A stretch of 64,000 nt of DNA from the human T2T-CHM13v2.0 reference genome, Homo sapiens (GCF_009914755.1 NC_060929.1), one strand, 5' to 3'. Positions 25,696 to 39,866 are shown, counted from the stretch's first letter. The notes: a model not told the origin generated them from the letters alone. Numbers and translations: made by a program.

Positions 25696-27659
25696 AAGAT
25701 TTCTGTTCCTTTTAGTAGATAGCCAGCAATGGGATTGCTGGGTATAATGGTAGTTTTATTTTTACTTCTTTGAGAAATCTCTTTACTGTTTTCCGTAGAG
25801 GTGTTACTAATTAACATTCCTACCAACGGTGTATAAGCATACCCTTTTCTCAGTATCCACACTAACGTCTGTTGTTTTTTGACTTTTTGATAATAGTCAT
25901 TCTGACTGGTATAAGTTGATATCCCATTTCTCTGATGATTAGTGATGTTGAGCCTTTTAAATGTTTCTTGGCTACTTGTATGTCTTCCTCTGGGAAAGGT
26001 CTTTCTCAGTCTTCCTCTCAGAAATTCTGTTCATGTTCTTTGCCCACTTTTTAATAGGGTTTTTTTTTTTTCTTGTTGAAATGTTTGAGTTTGTTGTAGA
26101 TTCTGGCTATTAACCCTTTGTTGAAGCATAATTTGCAAATATTTTCTCCCATTCTCTAGATTGTCCATTTATCCTGTTACTTCTTTAGCTGTGCAGAACT
26201 TTTGAAAATTTAATTATGTCCCATTTGTCTGTTATTGTTTTTTGTTGAATTTTCTTTGGGGGTCTTAGTCATAAATACTTTGCCTAGGCCAGAAGAGTTT
26301 TTCTTAGGACTTTTATAGTCTCAGGTTTTAAAATTTAAGTCTTTAATCCATCTTGAGTTAATTTTTGTATATCGTGAGAAATAGAGGTCCAGTTTCATTC
26401 TTCTGCATGTGGCTAGCCATTTTTCCCCACTGTTTATTTTTGTTGGCTTTGTCAAAGATCAGTTCGTTGGAAGTATATGGTTTTATTTCTAGGTTCTCTA
26501 TTCTGTTCCATTCACCTATGTGTCTATTTTTGTACCAGTACCATGCTGTTTTAGTTATTATAGCCTTGTACTATAATTTGAAGTTGGGTACTGTGATGCC
26601 TCTGGCTTCATTCTTTTTGTTTAGGATTGCTTTGGCTACTGGGCTTTTGTTTTGTTTTGTTTTGTTTTTTGGTTTCATATGAACTTTAGGAATTTTTTTC
26701 TAATTCTGTGAAGAATAACATTGGTAGTTTGATAGGAATTTCATTGAATCTATAGATTTCTTTGGGCAGTATGATCATTTAAGAAATATTGATTCTTCTG
26801 ATTTGTGAGAATGTGATGTTCTTCCATCTGTTTGTGTCATCTATAATTTCTTTCATCAGTGTTTTGTAGCTCTCCTTGTAGAGATAACTTACCTCTTTGG
26901 TTGAATTTATTCCTAGACATTTTATTTTTATCTTGGCTATTGTAAATGTAATTGAGTTCCTGATTTGGTTCTCAGCTTGAAAATTATTTGTGTATAGAAA
27001 TGAGTAGTTAGATTTCAAGAGCACAACAATTAAAAAAAGTTTTCAAGTTTTCATATCTAGCTAACAGACATGTATAGAGAGCAAATTAATGACTAAACCC
27101 TAGAAAAGAAATTGTTTGAAGGTAGGTAGAGAATAAATAATATAAAAGGACAATAGGGTGAATGTCTCAAAAATGATGTGCACCACATGAATGTTATTGA
27201 CAATTCAAACCTAAATACCCAATTGATGAAATGATACACACTTTATTATTAGAATTGCATTTAAAATATTGATGAATAATTTTTATGTTGTAGTTAAATT
27301 AAGATCAGAAAGTTTGACCACGAAACCTAAATATAAATAATATTTATCAAAATGTTTTTCTCCAACTCCCTAAATAAGTCTACAATTTTCTCTGGTGTCG
27401 AAGTAATCTTTTGGTAAAATATTAAACATCCTTGAAGGGGTTGTAATTCTTTCAGACCATGCTTGTATTAAGTAGTATATTTATAACTGCTCAAGTTATT
27501 TATTCTGACTAAATTATATCCTACTACCAAGAGTTGACTTAGTGACTGGTAACTACTGTGAATAGCACCCATTTTATGTATAACAGCTTTCTAAATGCTT
27601 CATATCAACAAGCTTCCCAATAATAATAAATATTCAGGAATCACCCATATCCATCTTTC

Positions 27660-28145
<486 letters not shown>

Positions 28146-28819
28146 TAGGTAATACATTTGAGATTCGTGGAGTACGTATCTTTATATTCTCCCACCACAT
28201 ATAATAAAGAGTCTTGCAAATATTTTAGTTATGTTTGAGACTATTAAAAACAACCTAATTAATACTCATGAGTATATAGTAAACACTCATAAATACACAT
28301 CTCCATAAGTCAAGATTATGTTGCTCTCCAGGGAAATATATCAGAAATTTAAACCACTGCAAGATTCTGATGACAGTTTGCTCAATTTAGAAAGAGAAAG
28401 GCTATTTGGAATAAAAACAGCTTTTACAAAAGAATTTCAAAAATGTGATGCTATATCCTCTTAAAGTCATTGTAACTATATTAAAGATACAAGCTGATAC
28501 ATTGTATATATAACATTTCCCCCATTTTTACCATGACTTACACTTCCATGAAGATTCATTTGAAATGTGAATTTTGATTACTTGCTTTGCACGGAAATTC
28601 ACTTAGCAAAACTTCAGCAGGTTGAAGCACAAGTAAATATGATGAACTACAGTACAAGAATAGTCTTATGATTTTAATAAAAATTACACAAATATATTAT
28701 TTGAATAATTACTACCAAGTAGTCAAAAATAGCTGCCTATATCAAAAAATACATTAGAGTATTAATTTGCTGAACAATTCTGGTGGGCAGGTGTACTGTT
28801 TGCAGATTTAAGAAAAAAT

Positions 28820-28851
28820 GCACACACACACACAGACACACACACACACAC
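28820..28851 (+). repeat. (CA)n
   Basis: Directly visible. Confidence 0.9.
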
Positions 28852-28862
28852 GCCCTCAGACA

Positions 28863-29224
28863 CAGATGCTCCTTGACTTACAATGAAGTTAAATCCTGGT
28901 AAAGCCATTGTAAGCTGACAATATCAACTTGAAATGCATTTATTTAATACAACCAAACTACTAAACATTATAGCTTAACCTAGCCTAACTTCAGTAGGCT
29001 CAGAGCAGCTACATTAGACTATAGTTGAACAGAATCATCTAACAGAAACCTACTTTATAATAGAGTTTGAATAACTCATTTAATTTATTGAATATTATAC
29101 TGAAAGTGAAAAACACAATAGTTGTATGGGTACTTGAAGTATGGTTTCTACTGAGCATATATCACCTCCTTACCATTGTAAAGTTGAAACATTGTAAGTC
29201 AAACCATTGTTAAGTCAGTGACTC
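28863..29224 (+). mobile_element. MER47A (TcMar-Tigger)
   Basis: cagatgctccttgacttac...tagcttaacctagccta...ttgtatgggtacttgaagtatggtttctactg. Confidence 0.88.
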
Positions 29225-29225
29225 A

Positions 29226-29267
29226 CTCTCTCTCTCTCTCTCTGTGTATGTGTGTGTGTATGTGTGT
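29226..29267 (+). repeat. (CT)n(GT)n
   Basis: Directly visible. Confidence 0.85.
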
Positions 29268-29303
29268 ATTACCTGCTTGCAAGAACTAGCTAATAGTCTA
29301 ACT

Positions 29304-29517
29304 CAGGGGTTGGCAAACTTCTGAAAATAGCCAGATAATAAATATTTTAGGTTTTGCTGGCCACAAAGTCTGTCACAACCACTCTACTCTGCCATTGTAG
29401 CCTGAAAGCTGCTACAGTCAGTATGTAAACAAACAAATGTGTATTCCAATAAAATTTTATTTATAAAACAGGCATTCAGCTGGATTTGGCTCACAGGCCA
29501 TAGTTTGCCAACCTCTG
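29304..29517 (+). mobile_element. MER58A (hAT-Charlie)
   Basis: TIRs caggggttggcaaact ... tagtttgccaacctctg. Confidence 0.9.
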
Positions 29518-29574
29518 ATCTAATGGGGTAAAAAATTATAAAGTACCAGATGAAGCTTACATAATATCTATCTT

Positions 29575-30080
29575 GTAAGTTTATTCTCCTCCCTGTCTGT
29601 ACATACCATTTCTCAGATCAAAAGGTAGAGCTCACTTTCCTTCTCTTTGAATTCTGACTTATAACTGAATATGACCACGAGAATAGCAATTTCAGAAGAA
29701 GAAATGATGTTCTGAGACCTTGAAGTCCAGGCTTTAAGAGGAATGGAAGTTTCTACTTTTGGCCTTTTGGAACGCAGTCACCATGCTGTGAGGATCCCAG
29801 ATCATATGGAAAGACCACGTAGAGGAGAACAGAGGTGCTCCAGTTGGCAGCCCTAATTAAGCTCCTAGTGGACAGTCAGAACCAACTGTAAGCCATTTTG
29901 GATGTTCTGGATGTCCAGGTTGAACCCCCCCCAGTGACTGCAGCCCCAGGGAGTATCACATGGAGCAGAAGAACTGACTGAGCCTAGCCAACTTGCAGTG
30001 TCATGAGAGATAATATAGTCATTGTTTTAAGTAACTACATTTTGGGATGGCTTGTGATACAGTAGTAGATACTTAAAACA
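29575..30080 (+). mobile_element. MLT1H-type solo LTR
   Basis: gcagtcaccatgctgtgagg...ccagtgactgcagcccc...gttttaagtaactacattttgggatgg...aaaca. Confidence 0.75.
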
Positions 30081-30524
30081 TCTCACTATTGGTATTATTT
30101 GTGTCCAGTTATTCATGCCTACCAATGACTTGGAATCATAACTATAAGAACAAACTAGTAGTGTTAGTGAATCACTAAACAGCTCATGAATTTTTGTCCT
30201 CACATTTCCTAGTCTGAGTCATATTATTCAAAATTCCATTCTGGATATCTTGTATAACACATTCCAGGAATATGTGTAATATATTCCAAGATTCTCTGAA
30301 TGTGTAACTGGAGGATTGTTTAAGAAACTAAGATTACATTTTTTAAAAGTTGGAAAGTCAGAGAATCTATGATCTGGTATGTCTGGGTCTCTCCCCATCC
30401 GCAGAAGACACAAATGAAAGCTAGACAATCTGAAATTATCCTCCTCTCTCTTACATCAAGAAGCCTAGAAAGTATAATAAAAAGACACTAATAATTAAAA
30501 ATTTTGGTTGTGATCAAAAAGATA

Positions 30525-30727
30525 CAACATATTTATTATAGGCTTACTATGTCCTGTTTGTGATTCAAGGATTTATCTGGAATATCTCATTTAATTCTCC
30601 CAACAACCTTGAGAGATATTATATTCCCATTTTTCTGATGATGAAGTCAAGATTTGGTCATTGTATACAACTATAATGAACACTGCCAAGATTCAAACCT
30701 AGACTGTTTTTTTCCAGAGTACAGATA
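30525..30727 (-). mobile_element. MIR (target of the THE1 insertion)
   Basis: atctcatttaattctcccaacaaccttgag...cccatttttctgatga...aagattcaaacctag. Confidence 0.7.
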
Positions 30728-33145
30728 CGTATTAGTCCATTTTCACACTGCTATAAAGATACTACCTGAGACTGGGAAATTTATTTTTTTAAAAAAGATT
30801 TAATTCACTCAAAGTTTCACATGGCTGGGAAGGCCTCAGGAAACTTACAATCATGGCAGAAGGTGAAGGGGTTACAATCATGGCAGAAGGGGAAAGGGAA
30901 GAAAGGTACATCTTACATGGCATTGGTAGAAAGAGAGAATGTGCAGGGGAAACTCAACAAGATCTTCTGAGAACTCCCTCACTATCATGACAGCAGCATG
31001 GGGGAAACTGCCCCCATGATCCAATCACCAGTTCCCTGCCTTGATATGTGGGGGTTACAGTTAGAGATGAGATTTGAGTGGGGATGCAGAGCCAAACCAC
31101 ATCATTCTGCCCTGGCCCCTCCCAAATCTCATGTCCTTTTCATATTTCAAAACCAATCTCATTCCTTCCCAACAGTCCCCCAAGGTCTTAACTCATTCCA
31201 ACATTAACTCAAATGTCCTAGTCCAAAGTCTTATCTGAGACAAAGCAAGTCCCTTTTGCCTATGAGCCTCTAAAATCAGAAACAAATTAGTTACTTCCAA
31301 GATAAAATGGGGGTACAGGATTTGCCTATGAGACTCTAAATCAGAAACGAGTTAGTTACTTCCAAGATAAAATGGGGGTACATTCACATGATAAATGTTC
31401 CTATTGAAAAGGGAGCAATTGGCCAAAACAAAGGGCCTGCAGGCCCCATGCAAGTGTGAAACCCAGCCAGGGTTCTTAAAACTCCAAAATCTCTTTTGAC
31501 TATATGTCTCACATCCAGGGCATGCTGATGCAAGGGATGGGCTTCCAAGGCCTTGGGCAGCTCTATCCCTGTGGCTCTACAGGGTACAACCCCTTTGGCT
31601 GCTTTCAGGGACTGGTGTTTAGTGCTTGCTGTTTTTCCAGGTACATGGTGCAAGCTGTTAATGGATCTACTATTCTGGAGTCTGGGGGATGGTGGCCCTC
31701 TTCCACTAGGCAGTGCCCCAGTGGGGACTCTGTGTGGGGGCTCCAATCCCACATTTTCCTTCTGCACTGCCCTAGCAGAGGTTCTCTATGAGGACTCTGC
31801 CCCTGCTGCAGACTTCTGCCTGGACATCCAATCCATACCTCCTCTGAAATCTCGGCAGAAGCTCCCAAAGCTCAACTCTTGTCTTCTGTGCACCCGCAGG
31901 CCAAACACCATGTGGAAGCTGCCAAGGTTTGGGGCTTGCACTCTCTGAAGCAATGGCCTGAGCTGTACGTTGGCCCATTTTAGCCAGGCAGGAGCTGGAG
32001 CAGCTGGGACATAGAGCACCACATCCCAAGGCTGCACAGAGCAGTGGGATCCTGGGCCCGGATCATGAAACCATTTTCCTCTCTTAGACCTCCAGGCCTG
32101 TGATGGGAGGGGCTGCCATGAAGGTCTTTGACATGCCCTGGAGACATTTTTCCCCATTGTCTTGGCTATTAACATTTGGCTCCTTTTAACTTATGCAAAT
32201 TTCTGCAGCTGGCTTAAATTTTTCCCCCCAAAATGGGCTTTTCTTTTCTACCACATGGTTAGGCTGCAAATTTTCCAACCTTTTACACTCTGCTTCCCCT
32301 TTAATCATAAGTTTCAATTTCAAACCATCTCTTTGTGAGTGTATATAACTGTATGCTTTCAGGAAAAATCAGGTCACCTCTTGAATGCTTTGCTGCTTAG
32401 AAATTTCTTCTGCCAGGTACTCTAAATCATCTCTCTCAAGTTCAAAGTTCCACACATCTCTAGGGCAGGGGGCAAAATGCCACCAGTCTCTTTGCTAAAG
32501 TATAGCAAGAGTCACTTTTATTCCAGTTCCCAACAAGTTCCTTATCTCCATCTGAGACCACCTCAGCCTGGACTTCATTGTCCATATCACTATCAGCATT
32601 TTGGTCAAAACCTTTCAACAAGTATCTAGGAGTTCCAAACTTTCCCACATCTTTCTGTCTGTTTCTGAGCACTCCAAACTGTTCCAACCTCTGCCTGTTA
32701 CCCAGTTCCAAAGTTGTTTCCACATTTTCAGGTTATTTTTATAGGAGTATGCCACTATTCTGGTACCAATTATCTGTATTAGTCCATTTTCACACTGCTA
32801 TAAAGAACTACCTGAGACTGGATAATTTATGAAGAAAAGGGGTTTAATTGACTCACAGTTCCACATGGCTGGGGAGGCCTCAGGAAACTTACAATCACGG
32901 CAGAAGGCAAAGGGGAAGCAAGGCACATCTTACATGGCAGCAGGAGAGAAAGAGAGAGCACAGGGGAAACTGCCACACACTTATCAAACAACCAGATCTT
33001 ATGAGAACTCCCTCACTGTCACGAGAGCAGCATGGGGGAAACAACCTCCATGATCCAATCACCTCCCACCAGGTCCCTCCCTCAATATGTGGGGATTACA
33101 ATTTGAGATGAGATTTAGGTGGGGACACAGAGGAAAACCATATCA
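30728..33145 (-). mobile_element. THE1 (C/D-type) MaLR provirus: LTR 30728-31104, internal 31105-32774, LTR 32775-33145
   Basis: Both LTRs begin gtattagtccattttcacactgctataaag and end aaacca(c/t)atca; typical THE1-int between them; the ORF cluster at 31000-33100 derives from it. Confidence 0.95.
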
Positions 33146-34939
33146 AGGTGCCTAGCATCAGACCAATAATACCACAATGCATATCTGTTCTTAGCCCAAA
33201 CTTTTCTGCTGAATGTGACCCCTGCATTTTGTGACCAAATGACTAGCCACGGTGGTTGGCTAGCACAGCAGAATGGCTAGAATCAGCCTAAGAAGAGCTC
33301 ACTTTCATCCATACACTCACTGTTTCTAACTTGGAACCCTGATTTACAGGACAGTTACAATGAGAATTCCTATCTTTAGATAAACTGAGTGGGGAAGGAG
33401 AAGAGGTGCTTTTCTGGGTGCCTCCGCTTCTGACTATTTCATCTTTGTACTTGGGCTTCAGTATTCAAACTGTCTACGTGAACAGCCGTTAATTCAGTCA
33501 ACCTCAACACTCATCAAGTAGTGTATTATAAAACCCAGTTTATGTTGAAAATCCTATTCATGTGAATTTTTGAAAATGGAACATTGGAGTTTCAGAATGG
33601 CCACTTTTGGCAAAAATAGGGCTAAACAATGAAAGCAAATGAGAAAAATGTTTGACATTTTCCCTTCATATCTGAATTTGTGTGTTCCCACTGATGCCAC
33701 ATTCCTGCATATGAACTCAAACTCCTGCATTACACACAGCATGCTTCTGCCGGGCCCCATTATCTTTTCAGGCCCATTCATAATTTTAGTTATTGCTTTC
33801 TTGCCATTACAAAGGTTAGTGCAAAGTACACATCTCACAGGTCTATGGCTATAGCAAAGCTAAACAACTAATGTTCAGCTTTCATTGAATACTGAATATT
33901 AAGGGGCACAATGAAAAATTCTCATCTTTTCATCCTCTGGATGGAAACAACACCAGTGTATATAGAAAGCTATCTTTTCTTGCCTTTCCTATTTGACTTT
34001 TATCACTTCTTGATGTTTGGTAATTATTTCTCTACAAGTGCATTTTGCATGGTTCCCAGGTCCCTCCCTCAATCTGTGGCTAATACAGATTAATGTTGTC
34101 TCAGTCTAGCTTCAAATTGCATGCTGGTGTGATTTTCAGATTCTCACTCTTAACTAAAAGAACAAGTTTCAGAAAATTTCTTAACATGTTTATATATTTC
34201 TTGATTTGTGGCTAGTTCATCACAGGAGAGGCATAAAATTTAATATTTAAGAAAGGGTAATTTCACTAAGCCACAAAAAAATAAAACTTACACTCTCGTA
34301 AGGTAGAAATACAGGTTTACAATAAATATATATTTATTGATTGAATAAGTGTGAAAATACTTCAGTTAGCTAAAGAATTTCAAAAGTCTCCTTCTAGGCT
34401 TATGGAAAGTACATGCATGACATGATACATAGAAGTTAGAGAAGTCCTCATTTTGCCCCTTTCTTTTCTTTCTTCTTTGTGGTCACAGTTTATTGACTCT
34501 TTAAAATGATGGGATTTTACAGAATTCATACTATTACCTTTTTGCCTATGTTGTATAATATAGACAAAAGCTAAATAGTAAGTGAAGCGAAAGGCTGAGG
34601 ATAGAAAGGAAACCTCATTCTTTCACTGATATTTTTTCCTCATGTTTGTGTTTTTCTTGTCTACCAATATAGGTCCACAACGTAAAATCAATAATTGGTC
34701 AGTTTTTTTAGAACCAGGTGGTTGAATCAAGGCTAGAGCAATATGAATAGAAAAACAAATCAGAGATGTTACCTTTATAGATAGAGCATTTCCTAGTTGT
34801 TTTAAACTGTGGTAAGTTGCAAAATCTGTTCAAGACATTTCTCATAAAAACTGCTGTAAATGTGGAATGTTTACTATGTGCCAGATATTACACTAAGCAC
34901 TCACAGACATATTTCATTTAAAACACAGGACCTCCTGAA

Positions 34940-35205
34940 TCTATTTCTCAAATGGAGAGTCCAGATCCATTTGTTAAAACAGTTTAGTGGATCACGACTA
35001 GCATTAAAAAAAATAAATTAGATTGGAAAATAACATCGTGCATCATATATAATAATAGCAAATACTGCTTCTTAAAATGTTTGTTTCAGTGTATGTGCGT
35101 GTATGTGTGTGTGTACATGTGTATGCATGTGTGCACATGTACTGAGTCCTAATGTAAAATGTACTTTTTACTGATAGACACAATTGAAAAACTTCAGAAG
35201 TCCTG
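34940..35205. mobile_element. hAT-Charlie MITE (MER112/Charlie4-like), inserted in a MIR fragment
   Basis: tttagtggatcacgactagcatt...ttgtttcagt...gtactgagtcctaatgtaaaatgt. Confidence 0.55.
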
Positions 35206-36505
35206 CGCTATAATGTCATAGTATTATATTAATTTTTAGAGGAAAAATAAGAACAAAATAAAAAAATCCAGCTTTATAATTCGAACTTCCAAAGTTCCCC
35301 AATGAATTAGTTTCCACAGAGTTTTTAATGGAGACTAAGATAATGTTATCATTGCACGTTGCTTCCTGTCTCTCTCATGGTTTGCATTTATTTAGCATCC
35401 AGGCAGGCCTAACACGGGGTGATTAAATCTCCTCCTCAGATCAGGCCATCTGTGCCATTGAGTAAGTGAGATACTTCAAATAAGTGAATGATGAATTCTG
35501 TTCCAGACTGTCCCATAAAATTATAATAAAAATAATAATGAAGTGCTCTATAATAAAAAGAAAGTCATTACAAATACCGTGCTATTGATTTCAAAGGGCA
35601 GTAATTTTAGAGGAGCTCTTTCATCTGTGTTATAAATCTCGGCAACCAGCGGAGAAAATGTCAGGATTTTAAAAGCAAACAAATAGAAAAAAAAAATGCC
35701 TTCCTGCTCATCTTTCATGCTGTTTTGAGTAAAACTAAGGTAGCACAAATATTTAAACAGATGGCTCAATGATATGCTTTTTTCTTTACTAATCATAGTT
35801 ATTAAAGCACTCACTTCATTTTTATTGTGTTTTAAACGGGCAGAGAAAATCTGAGTCTGATAATGACCTTTGTACATCATGCTGCAAATTGATTTTGATG
35901 ACCTTTCACTCTCCGATAATTAGGCTGGCTTCATCTCCCTCCCTCCCTCCACTCTCCAAGTGCGTGGTGCGGTGTTTTTCCTGCCTGCCCCTCCAAACCC
36001 TATTCCCCTCCCCCTAGCTTTGTCTCTCCCATTGCTGGATTGGGTTTCTTTCTCCTCTCTGAAAGCCACAGATTCTTGAATAAAGAATGAATAGAGGTAT
36101 TTAGAGGCTGACAAAAAAGAAGAATAGTTATTTTACTGATGTTTTGAATGATCAAATATCTGAATTGTCATGTAATTATGACCATTACAATGATGTCATT
36201 GCCATAGTCATTTGGCGATTGTGTACATTGTGTTGAAGACATTACCACATTGAATTATACCTCAGTAGTTTAATGAATTTTATAAGGGTGTTTCTTTGTG
36301 ACTAATGTGAACAGATGGTAGAAGTGGAAAAGAAATAAACTATGGCTTATTTTCCTTTACATTTTCTTTGTATTATGCTCTGAAATTAAGAACACTAGAC
36401 TAACACACATTTATACACATATTTTAAAATTATAACCTTTAAAAATGCACTTCATCAGATACCTCTAAACCCCATATTTACTTTCTTTAGTGTTTTTTGT
36501 TTTTG

Positions 36506-36645
36506 CTTTTTTATTGTGGTAAAAATATAATATTATTTATTATTTAAGCCATTTTTAAATTCACAATTCAGTGGCATTAAGTACATTCACAATATTATAC
36601 AGCCATCACCACTCTCCGTTTCCAGAACTCTTCATCATTCCAAAC
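36506..36645 (-). mobile_element. L1MB-type 3' terminal fragment
   Basis: tttattgtggtaaaa...aattcagtggcattaagtacattcaca...tttccagaactcttcatcattccaaac. Confidence 0.75.
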
Positions 36646-37117
36646 TTTTAGACATATTTTTCAACAACCACACATTTTTAGTCCATTAGGAAACATTTCT
36701 GTCTTTCTTACATGAGGTTCATTAAATCATATTCTTAATATAATTGTTTATGTATGAATCCCTAAGCCTGAGGTTCATTATGAATGTATTTTCTTCAGGA
36801 TTCAAGATTTCAGAGGACAGTTTATTGAGGACTAGTAAATCCAAGAAACTTTATAAGTGATAATAATATCTAACATTTATTTCTTCTGAGAGAAGCACTA
36901 AGCTAATTACTGCACATGTTAAGGGGAAAAATTAGATAATAAAAGGTCTCGTAAAACATTCTGTAAGGCAAAGTTGCTGTTATTATTATTATTATTAATT
37001 TGATGTTTCCTACAAGTATATATTGTGAACGTGAACCAAACCACAATAGTAAGATCATAACCAGACCTAGTCTTAAGGGTTTGCAGTTCCCTAAGTTAAC
37101 TCTGTTTTTTCCCCTTG

Positions 37118-37590
37118 ACTATTAGGATTGAACCCGGGAAACTGAAATCATACTATGATTTTTAAATGGAGGGAAGCCAGTGCAGGAAGTTGGGCATACA
37201 AGTGATAGAAATCCTGAAAACCTGTCAGGAGACCCTGAGGCAACCCAAGTATGAGCAACAACAGGAAGCCACTACAAGGCTGAAGGACCAAAGTGGTGGT
37301 GCTGTGTTATGGGAGCCCAGGAGTGGAAGTCACTTCATGCAAACTGAGGCCCTGAGGGAGGCGTAACCGTAATGAGAAATGCTTCCACAGAGAGACAGGA
37401 AGAGAAATAATCCTGACTTCTCTCTCTGCCTCATATGTTTTAATCTTCCTATGATTTTTTTCCATTGGCCAGACCTAACCAGAAGCCTTGTGATGAGGTA
37501 GCCTGGGACACACAGTCTAGAGGGAGGAGCAACTCTTTCCTTCCCGGTGTCACAAAGAGCAGAGCTGGAGAAGGGCAAGGAACAGATACT
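37118..37590. mobile_element. Old ERVL-type LTR (subfamily uncertain)
   Basis: agcaacaacaggaagccact...cctgacttctctct...ccattggccagacctaaccagaagcc...agagcagagc. Confidence 0.5.
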
Positions 37591-37914
37591 CGGTCGAAGA
37601 CCAGCACTAAATTTCCAACTCAGGAAATACCCTCCTTTAACAAAGGCGAAAAGAGGAAAATGTAGAACGATTGTTGGAGGAGATGATGAGCCGTGCTTTG
37701 AGAAAGCTTCTCAGGGAAGATGACACCTGTCAACTTTCTTATCTGTGAATCTTTTCTTTTCCTCCTTCCTGACATCCAATCCATAGATAAGTCTTATCTG
37801 TACACTCCAAAACATGTTTCACAGCCAACTACTTCACCACTTCCATTGCTACCATGGTCCTCTCTTACTTGGATTTTTGCAATCATCTCCTAAATGTTTT
37901 TATTGCTATTGTTC

Positions 37915-39787
37915 TCTTTTTAAAATTGAAGTAAAATTTACATACAATGATATGCACAGATTTTAAGTGAGTTTTGACAAACCTATCTGCCCATGTAACC
38001 AGCACCTTGATCTCCTGTGTCCATTCATTTCAGTCAAATTCCACCCATTATGTGCAACCACCATTCCAATTTCTAACACCACAGATTTATTGTATCTGTT
38101 ATTAAATTTCACATAAATAGAATCGTACAGTATGTATCTTTGCACATCTGGCTTTTTTACTCATTATAATGTTTTTGAGATTCATCCAGGTTGTTATATG
38201 CATTATTAGTCATGTTTTTGTCAATTTCTGATTAGAATTCCATTTTATGAATATACTGTAATATGTTTATCCATTCTCCTGTTGATAGACATTTGGATTG
38301 TTTCCTACTTTTTGCTATGAGTAAAGCTATTATAAACTTTCAAGTACAAGTGTTTTGGGGCAATTAGATAAATCCTTAAGAGTGAAATTCACTGACCGTA
38401 TGATAAATGTAGCATATAATAAAATGCTCAACTGTATTCTGAAATGCTTGTACCATTTTACACTCTCACCATCATCAATATTTGAGCATTCAGGTTGCTC
38501 CACTATCTTGACAACATGGTATTGCCAGTATTTTAAATGTAGCTATTTTAGAGGGTGTGAAGTGGTATCTTATTGAAGGTTTAATTTTCATTTATCTGAC
38601 AATAAATAATTTTGAGATTTTTATGTGCTTTATGGCCATTCATATATTTTCTTTTGTGAAAGGTCTGTTCAAGTTTTTCTTTCTTATGTATTTGTCATTT
38701 AAGTGAGTTTTAGTAGTTCTTCATATATTCTGAATATAAGTCCTTTATCATTTATATATATATAACAAATATTTCTTCTAGTCTGAGCCTTGTATTTTTA
38801 TCTTATTAAAGCTGGGTTGTTAGGTTTAATTTTGCTGAAATCAAATTTTTCTTTTTTTTTCTTTCTTTTTTCTTTTGTCTTTTATGGTTGGTGCTTACCA
38901 TTTTCTTTCTTTCTTTCTTTCTTTTTGAGACAGAAGCTAGCTCTGTTACCCAGGGTGGAATGCGATGGAGCGATCTTGTCTCACTGCAACGTCCGCCTCC
39001 GGGGTTCAAACAATTCTTCTGCCTCAGCTTCCCGAGTAACTGGGATTACAGGTGCCCGCCACCTTGCCCAGCTAGTTTTTGTATTTTTAATAGAGACGGG
39101 GTTTTATCATGTTGGCCAGGCTGATCTTGAACCTCTGACATCAAGTGATCCACCCTCCTTGGCCTCACAAAGTGCTGGGATTACAGGCGTGAGCCACCGT
39201 GCCTGGCCCTATTTTCTCTTTAAGAAACCATTGCCTACCCCAAGGCCATAAGGATATTCTGTTATATTTTCCTCTAGAATTTTAAGACTTTAGCTTTTAC
39301 ATTTAGGTCTATGATTCATCTTTATTTAATTTTTGTGTATTATTTGAGACAGGGGTCAGGATTCATGTTTCTTTCATACATTTATCCAGTTGTTGCAATG
39401 CTACTTGCTGAAAAACCTTTTTTTCATATTAAATTCCCTCGATCTTTTGTTGAATAAAAAATAGACCTGTACGTATACACATCTATTTTTGGACTCTGCT
39501 GTTTTATTGAACTATATCTCTGTCCTTATTTGTCTGTAACTTTCTTGTTGCTGTACTGTAGCTTTGTAATAAGTCTTGAAGTAAGATAGTGAATGTTCTC
39601 CAACTATCTTCCTCTTTTTCAAAGATATTTTAGATTTTTTGCATTTCCCTGTATATTCTAGAATCAGCTTGTCAATTTCTACATAAAGGCCTAGTTAGAT
39701 TTCTGATTAGACTTGTATCACACGTTAATTTGGGGAGTAATTGACACCTTTTCATCATTGAGTCTTCAAATCCATTAACACAGCATA
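37915..39787 (-). mobile_element. L1ME/MD-type 3' region inserted into an L2 fragment
   Basis: attgaagtaaaatttacatacaatg...ttttgagattcatccagg...gaatcagcttgtcaatttctaca. Confidence 0.8.
38901..39208 (-). mobile_element. AluS (Sz/Sx) with (CTTT)n tail
   Basis: Alu body ending gagccaccgtgcctggcc. Confidence 0.92.
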
Positions 39788-39866
39788 TGTCTTAGCTAGC
39801 TTGGGCCGCTACAACAAAATACAATAAACTGGGTGGCTTATAAACTATGAAATTTATTTCTCACAG
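39788..39866 (-). mobile_element. MLT1 LTR terminal fragment
   Basis: tgtcttag...acaacaaaatacaataaactgggtggcttataaac...aaatttatttctcacag. Confidence 0.75.

Noticed and set aside
30998-33111. Dense cluster of overlapping ORFs
   Set aside because: All lie within the GC-richer THE1 LTR/internal sequence; no gag/pol similarity and no single long frame.
35601-35616. gtaattttagaggagc resembles 44871-44885
   Set aside because: 15-16 bp match; expected by chance.
38790-39251. 153-aa ORF, and similar ORFs at 19300, 21725 and 27778
   Set aside because: Alu-derived translations.
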